Shown: positions 11,609-20,982 of the stretch, one piece after another
How positions within the stretch are numbered: the first letter of the stretch is position 1
How the letters are laid out: every line of letters begins with the position of its first letter
Assembly: GCA_017857175.1 (NCBI GenBank)
Contig: JAFMDS010000001.1
Coordinates: 55,088 to 119,087, forward strand
Length of the DNA: 64,000 bases
Reading direction: 5' to 3'
DNA from: Candidatus Nanopelagicales bacterium
Lineage (GTDB): Bacteria; Actinomycetota; Actinomycetes; S36-B12
Notes under the pieces: generated by a model
Told to the model about the DNA's origin: nothing
Seen by the model: the letters and a program-made list of their open reading frames with translations, nothing else
Databases searched by the model: none
Translations under genes and position numbers: made by a program

Positions 11609-12232
11609 GTGGCCGTAAAAATCAAGCTCAAGCGCGTTGGAAAGATCCACGCCCCGCAGTACCGCATTGTTGTTGCTGACTCGCGCACCGCCCGTAACGG
11701 TCGTGCTATCGAGGAAATTGGCATCTACCAGCCAGTTCAGAATCCAAGTCTTATTCAGGTCAAGTCCGATCGCGCTCAGTACTGGCTCGGCGTAGGCGCT
11801 CAGCCCACTGAAGCAGTTATGGCGATTCTCAAGGTGACAGGCGATTGGCAGAAATTTAAGGGCCTCCCTGGTGCTGAAGGAACCCTTCAGGTTGCCGAGC
11901 CCAAGCCCAACAAGGTCCTGGCTTACGAAGCTGCGGTCACCGAGGCAGCCAATGAGCCTAAGAAGCCCAAGGTAAAGAAGCTTGCTGTTGATACCGAAGC
12001 TGCCGCCGCCGATGTTGCTAAGGCTGCCGAGGCAGTTGTGGACAAGACTGCAGACGTCGTTGAAGACGTTGTGGACAAGGTCGCTGACGTTGTTGAAGAC
12101 GTCGTTGACAAGGTGGAAGAAGCTGTTGAAGCCGTGGCTCATGCAGTGGCAGATGCTGCCGAAGCTGTCGAACACAAGGTGGAAGAAGTCTTGCACAAGG
12201 GCGACTCTGAGGAATCGGAAGCGACTTCCTAA
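11609..12232 (+). CDS. rpsP: 30S ribosomal protein S16 with a long acidic repeat-containing C-terminal extension
   Basis: N-terminus [36 protein letters not shown]. Total 207 aa, of which roughly the last 120 aa are an Ala/Glu/Asp/Val-rich tail. Confidence 0.95.
   Translation: MAVKIKLKRVGKIHAPQYRIVVADSRTARNGRAIEEIGIYQPVQNPSLIQVKSDRAQYWLGVGAQPTEAVMAILKVTGDWQKFKGLPGAEGTLQVAEPKPNKVLAYEAAVTEAANEPKKPKVKKLAVDTEAAAADVAKAAEAVVDKTADVVEDVVDKVADVVEDVVDKVEEAVEAVAHAVADAAEAVEHKVEEVLHKGDSEESEATS
12041..12139 (+). repeat. in-frame 33-nt (11-codon) tandem repeat inside the rpsP tail
   Basis: gacaagactgcagacgtcgttgaagacgttgtg / gacaaggtcgctgacgttgttgaagacgtcgtt / gacaaggtggaagaagctgttgaagccgtggct, encoding [11 protein letters not shown] / [11 protein letters not shown] / [11 protein letters not shown]. 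Confidence 0.85.
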
Positions 12233-12471
12233 TGTTAGAAGACGCATTAGCTCACTTAGTGCGCGGAATCGTTGACAACCCCGATGACGTCAGTGTCAGC
12301 ATGCGCTCAGACAGGCGTGGCAAGGCACTCGACGTGCGGGTGAATCCTCAGGACATGGGTCGAGTCATTGGTCGTTCCGGTCGCACGGCTACAGCTCTGC
12401 GCACGGTTATCACGGCTCTTAATGATGGCCGCGGAGTGCGCATCGATTTCCTTGACGTAGCCGAGCGCTAA
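12232..12471 (+). CDS. KH-domain RNA-binding protein (YlqC-like)
   Basis: 79 aa between rpsP and rimM, the conserved position. VIGRSGRTATALRTV motif. TAATG overlap with the rpsP stop. Confidence 0.85.
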   Translation: MLEDALAHLVRGIVDNPDDVSVSMRSDRRGKALDVRVNPQDMGRVIGRSGRTATALRTVITALNDGRGVRIDFLDVAER

Positions 12472-12476
12472 TCACC

Positions 12477-12989
12477 GTGCGGGTTGTTGTCGGTCGGATT
12501 GGCAAACCACACGGAATTCGCGGTGAAGTCACCGTTGAACCACGTACCGATGAACCGGATGTGCGCTTTGTAGCTGGCGCTGAATTAATGCGTCACAATG
12601 GTGGTCTACTGCTGATCGAATTGGCGCATTGGCATTCGGGTCGATTACTGGTGAAGTTCTTAGGATGCGATACCCGCAATGACGCCGAGGAGCTTCGGGG
12701 AACTCTGCTTGAAGTAGAACGCGATCCAGAGGAACTGCCACAAGGCGATGATGAGTTTTATGACTCGCAACTTATCGGGTGCAAGGCCGTCACCTTAGAT
12801 GGAGATCCAATTGGCGAGGTAAAGGATGTTTTGCATTTACCGTTACAAGATGTCCTTGTGGTGGTTGCAGGTGATGAGGAATATCTCATCCCATTCGTCT
12901 CCGAAATCGTGCCTGAAGTTGACCTCGAGACGGGCCTGGTGAAGGTTAATCCACCTCCTGGCTTGCTATCAGAATTGGCCGATGAATGA
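12477..12989 (+). CDS. rimM: 16S rRNA processing protein RimM
   Basis: VVGRIGKPHGIRGEV N-terminus, PRC-barrel C-terminus, position between KH and trmD. Confidence 0.93.
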   Translation: MRVVVGRIGKPHGIRGEVTVEPRTDEPDVRFVAGAELMRHNGGLLLIELAHWHSGRLLVKFLGCDTRNDAEELRGTLLEVERDPEELPQGDDEFYDSQLIGCKAVTLDGDPIGEVKDVLHLPLQDVLVVVAGDEEYLIPFVSEIVPEVDLETGLVKVNPPPGLLSELADE

Positions 12990-13687
12990 TCATCGACATC
13001 GTCTCCATCTTTCCGGAGTATTTGGAGCCGCTGTCTCTGTCCCTTGTTGGCAAGGCCCAAGAGACCGGAAAGTTAACTGTTCGAGTTCATGACCTCCGTG
13101 ATTGGTCGGCGGCGCCGCACCACAGGGTTGATGACACCCCCTATGGCGGCGGGCCGGGCATGGTGATGGATGCACCGACGTGGGGTAGGGCCCTCGATGA
13201 GATCGCCCAGTCCTGCGACTCAAAGCCGTTGTTGGTCATCCCAACTCCGTCGGGAAAAGTATTCGATCAGCCTACGGCCCGTTCATGGGTTGGGAATCAA
13301 TCAATTGTGATTGCTTGCGCTCGCTACGAAGGAATCGATTCTCGCGTGTCCCAGCATTATCAAACTCGCTCTGACTGGGCGGGCGTCCAAGAGGTGAGCA
13401 TTGGCAATTACGTCTTGGCGGGTGGAGAAGCGGCCGCACTTGTCATGGTGGAAACAGTTGCTCGGCTTATTCCTGGGGTCCTGGGTAATCCGGAGAGCGC
13501 GCCAGATGACACCTTCTCGCGTGCTGATGGTCTACTCGAAGGCTCCGTCTACACCAAGCCACCGACCTGGCGTGATCTTGAGGTCCCTCCTGTTCTGCTC
13601 AGCGGAAATCATCAGGCAATAGATCAATGGCGAGCGGCATCTGCTGAAGAGAAAACACGGAATCTCAGGCCCGATCTGCTGCCGTGA
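12986..13687 (+). CDS. trmD: tRNA (guanine37-N1)-methyltransferase
   Basis: IIDIVSIFPEY, DDTPYGGGPGMVM, CARYEGIDSRV. ATGA overlap with rimM. Confidence 0.96.
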   Translation: MIIDIVSIFPEYLEPLSLSLVGKAQETGKLTVRVHDLRDWSAAPHHRVDDTPYGGGPGMVMDAPTWGRALDEIAQSCDSKPLLVIPTPSGKVFDQPTARSWVGNQSIVIACARYEGIDSRVSQHYQTRSDWAGVQEVSIGNYVLAGGEAAALVMVETVARLIPGVLGNPESAPDDTFSRADGLLEGSVYTKPPTWRDLEVPPVLLSGNHQAIDQWRAASAEEKTRNLRPDLLP

Positions 13688-13846
13688 GCGTGGTTGTGGC
13701 AGACTACGCAGGCTCGGTAATCGGAGATCTGCCATAGGGGACCCGAAACTGCCAGAGCGAACAGTGCGAGCGGTGCGAACCGCTCGTCACGCTGAAAACA
13801 ACCCATAACCGTGGGCGACCTATGGCGCTTGCAGGAAGAAGTAATA

Positions 13847-14209
13847 ATGAAGAAGCTCGACGCAGTAGATCAAAGTTCATTCCGCACCGACATTCCTGCC
13901 TTTCGCGCCGGGGACAATTTAAAGGTCTACGTCAAGGTCGTTGAAGGCAACAAGACCCGTGTCCAGATGTTCCAAGGTGTCGTTATCGGGCGTCACGGCT
14001 CGGGAATCGGCGAGACCTTTACAGTCCGCAAAGTGTCCTACGGAGTTGGCGTCGAGCGTAAATTTCCGCTGCACACCCCGATCATTGAGAAAATAGAAGT
14101 TGCAAGTCGCGGAGATGTTCGCCGCGCGAAGCTCTACTACCTCAGGGATCTGCGTGGCAAGAAGGCGAAGATTCGCGAGTTGCGCGAAACTCCAAAGTCT
14201 GACAGCTAA
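13847..14209 (+). CDS. rplS: 50S ribosomal protein L19
   Basis: [29 protein letters not shown]. The ATG at 13847 (MKKLD) is preferred over the ORF-track start at 13811. Confidence 0.95.
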   Translation: MKKLDAVDQSSFRTDIPAFRAGDNLKVYVKVVEGNKTRVQMFQGVVIGRHGSGIGETFTVRKVSYGVGVERKFPLHTPIIEKIEVASRGDVRRAKLYYLRDLRGKKAKIRELRETPKSDS

Positions 14210-14248
14210 GACTCTTTTCTGCTCTGTTGCAGAGTTGGTGCTCGAGCC

Positions 14249-14782
14249 ATGAAATTTGTTCTATGGCTCGGTATTGTGATCGCTGGCCTGTGGTTGGTAA
14301 CGCAATTTGTGGTTCAACCATTCTCCATTCCTAGTGACTCAATGGAGCCGGGCTTGGAAATCGGTGATCGAATCGCAGTGAACAAAATGGCTTATCTCTT
14401 TGCGCCCATTGAAAGAGGAGACATAGTTGTCTTTAACGGCCAAGACTCGTTTTCCTCAGGTGATAAGGACTATGTCAAACGGGTCATAGGTATCGGCGGC
14501 GATCGTGTCGTTTGCTGCGATGAAGCAGGTCGCATAACTGTCAACGGTGAATCTGTGAACGAGGGTGCGTATCTCGATTCGACTATGGAACCCAGCGGTG
14601 TGACCTTCGATGTTGAAGTTCCTCAAGGAAAGTTGTGGCTGATGGGGGACAATCGAGCAAATTCGGCTGACTCACGCTCCCACCTCGGGGATCCCGGCGG
14701 TGGATTCGTCTCGCAGTCTAAGGTTGAGGGCAAGGCGATGGCTGTTATTTGGCCACCGCAACGAATTAAGGTTCTCGATTGA
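14249..14782 (+). CDS. lepB: signal peptidase I (short paralog)
   Basis: Catalytic Ser box IPSDSMEPGL, Lys box KRVIGIGGDRV, GDNRANSADSR. One N-terminal TM helix. Confidence 0.92.
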   Translation: MKFVLWLGIVIAGLWLVTQFVVQPFSIPSDSMEPGLEIGDRIAVNKMAYLFAPIERGDIVVFNGQDSFSSGDKDYVKRVIGIGGDRVVCCDEAGRITVNGESVNEGAYLDSTMEPSGVTFDVEVPQGKLWLMGDNRANSADSRSHLGDPGGGFVSQSKVEGKAMAVIWPPQRIKVLD

Positions 14783-14832
14783 CTGACTTGGTTTGTGTGT
14801 TGAAAATCTATTTATACGAGAGTGAGTAGTTA

Positions 14833-15588
14833 GTGGCCATCCCTGCCCGCGAGGCTCCTGAGAATTCTTCAAACGTGGAATCTTCATCAGCAGCTACCAA
14901 GAAGCGCGGCAACTCATTCCTGCGCAGCGTCCTCGAGTTTGTCATCATCATTGTTATCGCTCTCGGAATCGCTACCTTCATGAGAGCTTTCCTCATCCAA
15001 CCCTTTTATGTCCCTAGCGGCTCTATGGAACAAACCCTCCAAATCAACGACCGCGTCGTTGCCTCAAAAATCACGACAAGCATTTCAGGCGTGAACCGTG
15101 GAGAGATCATGGTGTTTAAAGATCCAGGCGGGTGGCTTCCAGAGTTCGACAACTCAAAGGAGGGGCTGAGTGGCGCTCTCTCCCAGGCCTTAACCTTCAT
15201 TGGCTTGCTCCCCAGTGACTCCGGGGACGACCTGGTCAAGCGCGTCATCGGTATTGAAGGTGATCGCGTTGCCTGCTGCAATGAGGCAGGTCAGATTGTT
15301 CTGAATGGTGTGGGGCTTGATGAGTCCGCATATATCAACGGGCCAACTGACCAGGTTCTCTTTGATGTCACGGTACCCAAAGGCGGCATGTTCATGATGG
15401 GCGATAACCGCGGGAATTCCGCAGACAGTCGATTCCACTTGGACCAAAATGATGGTGCTGTCCCGACGAACAACGCGGTCGGCAGAGTGGTTCTAGTTGT
15501 TTGGCCTTTCGACAGATTAAGCACCGAGCCAATCCCTGAGATATTTGGCAACCCTGCAATCGCTGCGGGCAACGCTTACGGCAAGTAG
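14833..15588 (+). CDS. lepB: signal peptidase I (long paralog)
   Basis: VPSGSMEQTL, VKRVIGIEGDRV, GDNRGNSADSR. Extended N-terminal cytoplasmic segment plus a TM helix. Confidence 0.92.
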   Translation: MAIPAREAPENSSNVESSSAATKKRGNSFLRSVLEFVIIIVIALGIATFMRAFLIQPFYVPSGSMEQTLQINDRVVASKITTSISGVNRGEIMVFKDPGGWLPEFDNSKEGLSGALSQALTFIGLLPSDSGDDLVKRVIGIEGDRVACCNEAGQIVLNGVGLDESAYINGPTDQVLFDVTVPKGGMFMMGDNRGNSADSRFHLDQNDGAVPTNNAVGRVVLVVWPFDRLSTEPIPEIFGNPAIAAGNAYGK

Positions 15589-15611
15589 TTGGGTGTCGAT
15601 CAAGCGGTGAG

Positions 15612-16289
15612 TTGCTTGTGAACTCTCCAAGTCTTGAGCCCGATTTGCAATTTGAGTCAACGCTGTTGGCTCGTGACGTCAACTATCTCGCTTGTCTCGA
15701 TGAGGTAGGTCGGGGTGCCTTAGCCGGACCCGTTGCCCTCGGGGCGGTGTTAATTTCTCGCGATGTTGGCCAGATTCCTGCAGGATTGCGTGACAGCAAA
15801 CTTCTCACGGCAAAATCCCGCAATGATCTGTTGCCTAAAATCCGGAGCTGGGTCTTGTGCCAGGCAGTGGGCTTTGCTTCAGCCGCAGAAATCGATGACC
15901 TTGGAATTATCGGAGCGATGCGCGTGGCTGGAGTGCGGGCCCTTGAGCAATTGTGCGCCCTCCCTGACCTGATTCTGTTGGATGGAAATCATGATTATTT
16001 GTCATCAGGTGGGGTGAAACGCGAAGCAACGCTTTTCGATGTTCCTGATACAAAAGGGATACCTCCTGTTGTAACCAAAATTAAAGCCGACATGACGTGC
16101 GCTGGAGTGGCTGCCGCAAGTGTTGTGGCTAAATGTGCACGCGATGCGCTGATGATCGAACTCGCCTCCAAGCTCCCGGGATATTCATTTGAAAAGAACA
16201 AGGGGTATTCATCACCTGACCACATTCAGGGACTGCGTGCCCATGGACTGAGCGAAGTGCACCGTCACTCGTGGAAGATGCCCGTTTAA
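15612..16289 (+). CDS. rnhB: ribonuclease HII
   Basis: LDEVGRGALAGPV (DEDD site), DSKLLT, GYSSPDH. Confidence 0.93.
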   Translation: MLVNSPSLEPDLQFESTLLARDVNYLACLDEVGRGALAGPVALGAVLISRDVGQIPAGLRDSKLLTAKSRNDLLPKIRSWVLCQAVGFASAAEIDDLGIIGAMRVAGVRALEQLCALPDLILLDGNHDYLSSGGVKREATLFDVPDTKGIPPVVTKIKADMTCAGVAAASVVAKCARDALMIELASKLPGYSFEKNKGYSSPDHIQGLRAHGLSEVHRHSWKMPV

Positions 16290-16361
16290 TCAGGCGCGTG
16301 GATATCCACAGTCATTGGATTGGGGGTTTTGTTCCCCGTTACGTTCCATCATTCTGAGTGC

Positions 16362-16715
16362 ATGAAACCAAAGGATGCATTGGGCAAATATGGTGAAGAA
16401 TTAGCGGCTCGCCATTTGATGGTGAAAGGTTTTGTAATTCTTGAAAGAAACTGGCGGTGCGATCTGGGCGAGATCGATCTCGTGGCTCGGGAGGCATCCG
16501 ATCTGGTCGTCTGTGAAGTAAAGACTCGAAGGTCAGATGCTTTTGGTACACCCGTGGAAGCCGTTAGCGCCCGAAAGGTACGCCGCATGCGCACATTGGC
16601 CCTGAGATGGCTGGATGAAAGAAACGTGAATCCGCGCGATATTCGCTTTGACGTGGTGGGAATTGTCCAGCCACTTGTTGGACCTCCGCAAATCACGCAT
16701 TTGCGGGGGGTGTGA
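16362..16715 (+). CDS. YraN-family (UPF0102) endonuclease-like protein
   Basis: About 117 aa. GEIDLVA...LVVCEVKTR restriction-endonuclease-like core. Conserved position before comM. The start at ATG 16362 is inferred. Confidence 0.8.
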   Translation: MKPKDALGKYGEELAARHLMVKGFVILERNWRCDLGEIDLVAREASDLVVCEVKTRRSDAFGTPVEAVSARKVRRMRTLALRWLDERNVNPRDIRFDVVGIVQPLVGPPQITHLRGV

Positions 16716-16716
16716 G

Positions 16717-18240
16717 GTGACCCTCGCCCGTTCTTTTGGAGCCGTCATTTCAGGTGTTGCGGGTCAAATTGTCACGGTGGAAGTTGATCACTCGAGAGGT
16801 CTCCCCGGCGTTGGCATGGTTGGACTGCCTGACTTGTCGGTCAGCGAAGCACGACACAGGGTGAGAACCGCGCTCTTAAATCAAGGACTTACCTGGCCGC
16901 GCGGACGGGTGACAATAAGTCTCTCGCCGGCTGAGGTGCGCAAACAGGGTGCGGGTCTCGATTTGGCAATTGCGGCAGGAGTTCTTGGCGCGACCGCGCA
17001 GTTGAGCGAAAGGGCGCTGAGAGAAACGGTCTTTGTCGGAGAGCTAGGCCTTGATGGGAGCATCCGAAAAACTTCGGCTGCATTACCTTGCACCGTGGCA
17101 GCATCCAAGGAGGGTTTTGCCAGGGTTGTTGTGCCATTTTCTGATATCGCCCAATGCTTGATGGTCCCCGGTATTGAGGTGGTTTCCTATACCAGCATCA
17201 CCCACCTGATTGCCGGGCTGGATTCAGGGGAGTCGCCACTTGCACCGCCAGCGCGAGCAAGCGCTAATAGAGCACCCTTCCCGGATCTGAGTGATTTCCT
17301 TGGGCACTCGGAGGCGAGAGCGGCTTTGGAGATCGCAGCTGTGGGCGGGCACAACATTCTTATGGTCGGAGCCCCTGGAGTTGGCAAAACTCTGTTGGCA
17401 GAGCGCTTACCAGGCATTCTGCCGAGGCTGACACCCGAACAATCTCTTGAAGTTACGTCCATCCACTCCGTTGCAGGTGCCTTTTCAGGTACAACTTTTG
17501 ATTCCCCGCCACTTGACCACCCACCATTTATTGCCCCGCATCACTCATCGAGCCTGGCGGCACTTGTGGGCAGCGTCAGTGGGAGTCGGGTGCAGCCTGG
17601 CGCGCTCACGCTGGCTCATAGGGGTGTTCTTTTCCTCGATGAAGCCCCCGAATTTCCCAGGAATGCGATGGAATCATTGCGGCAACCCCTCGAGTCGGGA
17701 GTTCTGAGATTGAGCCGATCGACATGGAGTGGTGCGCTGCCCGCTGACTTTCAGCTGGTCATGGCGATGAACCCGTGTCCGTGCGGACACGCACTACCGG
17801 GCTCGGGCTCTCGCTGTGATTGTTCATCCTTGGCCAAGCGCAACTACGCGCAGCGCATCTCGGGGCCTCTCAGGGATCGAATCGACATCACGCTGGCCAT
17901 GCCTGTTATCAAGTCCAAAGCGATAGGAGACTCCACCTCGGTTACGGCCGCACGAGTCAACGAGGCGCGCGAACGAGCCAGGCACCGTTTTCGAGATAAT
18001 GAGTGGGAAGTCAATGCCCGAATTCCACCACACGCACTGCAGAAAACTTTTACACCTGCATTGCCCGCACAGGAACTTCTCGATCAGTTCCAGCGGAAGT
18101 TAGGCGGGTTGCGCGGAGCGCATCGCGCCTTGCGAGTGGCTTGGAGCATCGCTGACCTAGCGGGTAGGTCTCGACCAGACAGGGACGACATGGCGTGGGC
18201 ACTGCACCTGCGCGCATCAGATTGGTCCAAAGCAGCGTGA
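16717..18240 (+). CDS. comM: YifB/ComM-family Mg-chelatase-like AAA+ ATPase
   Basis: N-terminal Lon-like domain, Walker A GAPGVGKTLLA, Walker B LFLDEAPEF, C-terminal ChlI-like region. GTG 16717 lies 1 nt after the yraN stop. Confidence 0.9.
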   Translation: MTLARSFGAVISGVAGQIVTVEVDHSRGLPGVGMVGLPDLSVSEARHRVRTALLNQGLTWPRGRVTISLSPAEVRKQGAGLDLAIAAGVLGATAQLSERALRETVFVGELGLDGSIRKTSAALPCTVAASKEGFARVVVPFSDIAQCLMVPGIEVVSYTSITHLIAGLDSGESPLAPPARASANRAPFPDLSDFLGHSEARAALEIAAVGGHNILMVGAPGVGKTLLAERLPGILPRLTPEQSLEVTSIHSVAGAFSGTTFDSPPLDHPPFIAPHHSSSLAALVGSVSGSRVQPGALTLAHRGVLFLDEAPEFPRNAMESLRQPLESGVLRLSRSTWSGALPADFQLVMAMNPCPCGHALPGSGSRCDCSSLAKRNYAQRISGPLRDRIDITLAMPVIKSKAIGDSTSVTAARVNEARERARHRFRDNEWEVNARIPPHALQKTFTPALPAQELLDQFQRKLGGLRGAHRALRVAWSIADLAGRSRPDRDDMAWALHLRASDWSKAA

Positions 18241-19352
18241 ATCAAATCGTGTCGGATGCTTACTTGACTCTCGCTCACTGGTGTGAACCCGCGGATCCGG
18301 GCATCGTCGCTGCCCTGGAACGGTGGGAACCACCAACTGTTGTAGAGCGCATTAAAAATGGGAAAATTGAGAGAAATATCCGGCCGGAAACCGCGAAAAA
18401 AATTGCACAGTTCTCACTTCAACGCGAACGCGACTATGCACACTCCATTGGAGCTTCGATTGTCACACGTGGCGAATCAGGGTGGCCAACACAACTGGAG
18501 GATCTCAAGGGACAAGAACCCTTTGCGCTGTGGTCATTGGGCAATGCTGACTTCCGGCTCATGGCTGCACGGTCCATCGCCATCGTGGGGACTCGAAACT
18601 GCACGCCGTACGGGCGTCAGATTGCACGGGACTGGGCTGCAGAATTCGGTCAAGCGGGTGTAACAGTTGTTTCAGGGGGAGCCCTTGGAATTGACGTCGC
18701 CGCCCATCAAGGTGCATTAGACGTTGAAGCCCCAACAATTTGCGTGCTTGCGGGCGGTGTCCAATCTCGCTATCCCAAGGCCAATGAGTCCATTTTCGGG
18801 CAGATCCTTGATTCCGGGGTGCTCATTAGTGAGTCACCTCCTCGTGAGTCGCCTCGACGCCAACGTTTCATAACGCGAAATCGCATCATCGCTGCATTAA
18901 GCAAGGCCACAGTGATCGTGGAAGCCGCGGAGCGAAGTGGTACGGAATCCACTGCGAATCGTGCGCATGAAATGAATCGCTTGGTGTTTGGTGTACCTGG
19001 TTCAGTGCATTCATCCGCATCAATGGGCGTACATGAGCTGATCCGGCAACGGACTGCATCAATCGTCCAATCTCCCGACGATGTACTCGACTTAATCGAT
19101 GTGCGAAAGCGAGATGATGAGCAGCTAGCGGGGAAAACAAAAAGTACTTCGGTTCCTGAGAGTTTTGACTGGCGTTCGCTGAAACAGCGTGAATTGGATG
19201 TGTGGGAATCCATGCCCATTCGCGGGGCACTGCTTGTTGCAGATCTTGTTGATAGTTCAGGACGAAGCATGTCAGCCGTCCTTGGGGCACTCGCGGAACT
19301 GGAATTGATGGGACTTGTTGCACGGGACGGATTATTCTGGAAACGCCTCTAA
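18237..19352 (+). CDS. dprA: DNA-processing protein DprA
   Basis: Rossmann-like core VSGGALGIDVAAHQGAL, ESPP...RFITRNRIIAAL, C-terminal winged-helix-like tail. GTGA overlap with the comM stop. Confidence 0.9.
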   Translation: MNQIVSDAYLTLAHWCEPADPGIVAALERWEPPTVVERIKNGKIERNIRPETAKKIAQFSLQRERDYAHSIGASIVTRGESGWPTQLEDLKGQEPFALWSLGNADFRLMAARSIAIVGTRNCTPYGRQIARDWAAEFGQAGVTVVSGGALGIDVAAHQGALDVEAPTICVLAGGVQSRYPKANESIFGQILDSGVLISESPPRESPRRQRFITRNRIIAALSKATVIVEAAERSGTESTANRAHEMNRLVFGVPGSVHSSASMGVHELIRQRTASIVQSPDDVLDLIDVRKRDDEQLAGKTKSTSVPESFDWRSLKQRELDVWESMPIRGALLVADLVDSSGRSMSAVLGALAELELMGLVARDGLFWKRL

Positions 19353-19436
19353 GGAACGGAGGAATTCTGGTGCCAATCTGGGCTAAATATTGCGCGGCTC
19401 CTTCCAATTCGCCCATGGGACCGACACGATAGGAAC

Positions 19437-20351
19437 ATGCGGGAATTTTCGCCAACCATCGAAAACGAGATCTCAGGATTCCGTGCCTATATTCGCGATG
19501 AAAAGAAACGTAGCGAACACACGGTTGCCGCATATGAATCTGACGTACGGAGCATTTTTGCTTTCAATGAAGATGCAGCGACCGTCAAAGATTTAACTTT
19601 GATGAGCCTGCGGGCTTGGTTGGCTGACCTGAATTACAAAGGGCAGGCTAAGGCAAGCATCGCACGCAAGGCCGCCGCTGCGCGTTCATTTACTGCGTGG
19701 GCAAAACGTCGGGGAATTATTGAATTTGATCCAGGTGTTCGCCTCGTGAGTCCAAGTGTGTCTAAAACCTTGCCGCAGATTATGAGTATGGAGCAGGCCG
19801 AGAGAGTGGTGACTCATCGGTCTGAGGATTCTAGTCCCGCGCATGTTCGCGATTTGGCCATACTTGAATTGCTCTACGCAACGGGAATAAGAGTGGCAGA
19901 ACTGTGCGGGGCTGATGTCGATGATCTCGACCGCCAGCGCAATGTGCTTCGCGTGATGGGCAAAGGGCAAAAGGAACGCATGGTGCCATTTGGTTTACCT
20001 GCAGCGAAAGCTTTAACAAATTGGCTAGATGTGAGAAACAAACTGGCGCGAAATTCAACCGCCCTATTCGTGGGAACGCGCGGTTCGCGAATCGACAGCA
20101 GGATGGTTCGATCCATTGTTAACCGCGCTACTCGTGAGGTCACGGGGCAAAGCATGTCCCCGCATGCCTTGCGACACACTGCCGCAACACATGTGCTTGA
20201 AGGTGGAGCCGACATGCGGGTCGTTCAAGAACTGCTCGGGCATGCATCCATGGCAACAACTCAACGGTACACACACGTCAGTGTGGAGCGTCTGCGAAAA
20301 ACTTTTGAACTTGCCCACCCACGTGCAGCCTCGGATTCTGAGGGCTCATAA
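19437..20351 (+). CDS. xerC: tyrosine recombinase XerC
   Basis: N-terminal SAM-like core-binding domain. C-terminus HALRHTAATHVLEGGADMRVVQELLGHASMATTQRYTHV (R-H-R-Y active site). Conserved synteny after dprA. Confidence 0.9.
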   Translation: MREFSPTIENEISGFRAYIRDEKKRSEHTVAAYESDVRSIFAFNEDAATVKDLTLMSLRAWLADLNYKGQAKASIARKAAAARSFTAWAKRRGIIEFDPGVRLVSPSVSKTLPQIMSMEQAERVVTHRSEDSSPAHVRDLAILELLYATGIRVAELCGADVDDLDRQRNVLRVMGKGQKERMVPFGLPAAKALTNWLDVRNKLARNSTALFVGTRGSRIDSRMVRSIVNRATREVTGQSMSPHALRHTAATHVLEGGADMRVVQELLGHASMATTQRYTHVSVERLRKTFELAHPRAASDSEGS

Positions 20352-20982
20352 ATCTTTTTGACTGAACATTTTCGGAACCCTGATCTTTTGTTGGCAAAAG
20401 CACAGAAGCCCTTCTCCAGAGCATTTCAGGGTTCATGTAATTCGAAACGCCATATTTGAGACCAACGTGTAGGCAGATATCGGCACAATGACTTGATTGA
20501 GTGCCCGGTGACGTTTTCCCGATCAGTTGGCCTGCACCGACCTTGTCACCGATTGTGAGTGAAGACTTGACGGGTTCATAGGTAGTCCTTATTTCTGAAG
20601 CACTGATTCGGGGGTGAATGCCGTGTGAGATGGAGATCACTGGCTTGCCCGCGATGAGGCCCGCGAATGCAACCACCCCTTGACCAATCGCATAAACAGG
20701 AGTCCCTGTCGGGGCCAAGAAGTCAATCCCACGATGGCCACTGGCAAATTGCGTCACAGGGGGATCAAACGGCCTCAAGAGGATTGGCGCGCCATGGAGT
20801 GGGGGTGCCCAATTGACCCTGGACTGGGGGAGAACCTGTTGCTCAAGGGCTGGCGAGGGCTTCATGGTGACGGGGTGTCCCGTGGAACAGAATGCCCCCA
20901 CACTCATCACGATGACAGCCGTGAGTACCGTGGAAATTTGAGTTGGCTTTCTAAGCCTTCTGGGCCAATGTTTACGTGTCAT
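20278..20982 (-). CDS. M23-family metallopeptidase, membrane-anchored or secreted
   Basis: N-terminal basic segment plus TM helix. HRGIDF and a later His-containing segment (SSHCADICLHVGL) typical of LytM/M23. The 3' end overlaps xerC convergently by 74 nt. Confidence 0.75.
   Translation of the reverse strand: MTRKHWPRRLRKPTQISTVLTAVIVMSVGAFCSTGHPVTMKPSPALEQQVLPQSRVNWAPPLHGAPILLRPFDPPVTQFASGHRGIDFLAPTGTPVYAIGQGVVAFAGLIAGKPVISISHGIHPRISASEIRTTYEPVKSSLTIGDKVGAGQLIGKTSPGTQSSHCADICLHVGLKYGVSNYMNPEMLWRRASVLLPTKDQGSENVQSKRFMSPQNPRLHVGGQVQKFFADAPH

Noticed and set aside
12041-12139. Regular 33-nt repeats considered as a possible CRISPR or minisatellite
   Set aside because: The repeats are contiguous with no spacers, in frame, and inside the rpsP coding sequence. 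They encode an 11-residue protein repeat.
11480-12247. 255-aa minus-strand ORF covering all of rpsP
   Set aside because: It is antisense to S16. It stays open only because the repetitive GAx/GTx-rich tail lacks stop codons on the opposite strand. The translation is low-complexity (Leu/Val/Ser/Phe runs).
16717-19352. comM-dprA considered as a dedicated competence system
   Set aside because: The pair is part of the universally conserved actinobacterial backbone at this locus. No pilus or ComEA/ComEC genes are present in the window.
18886-19533. 215-aa minus-strand ORF across the dprA 3' end and the xerC upstream region (also 18770-19270, 166 aa)
   Set aside because: It is antisense to the well-supported dprA frame and has no family-like motifs.
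19437-20351. Tyrosine recombinase considered as a marker of an integrated mobile element
   Set aside because: It has the XerC-type sequence and the conserved dprA-xerC chromosomal position. There is no adjacent tRNA, excisionase, phage or IS gene, and no flanking repeat.
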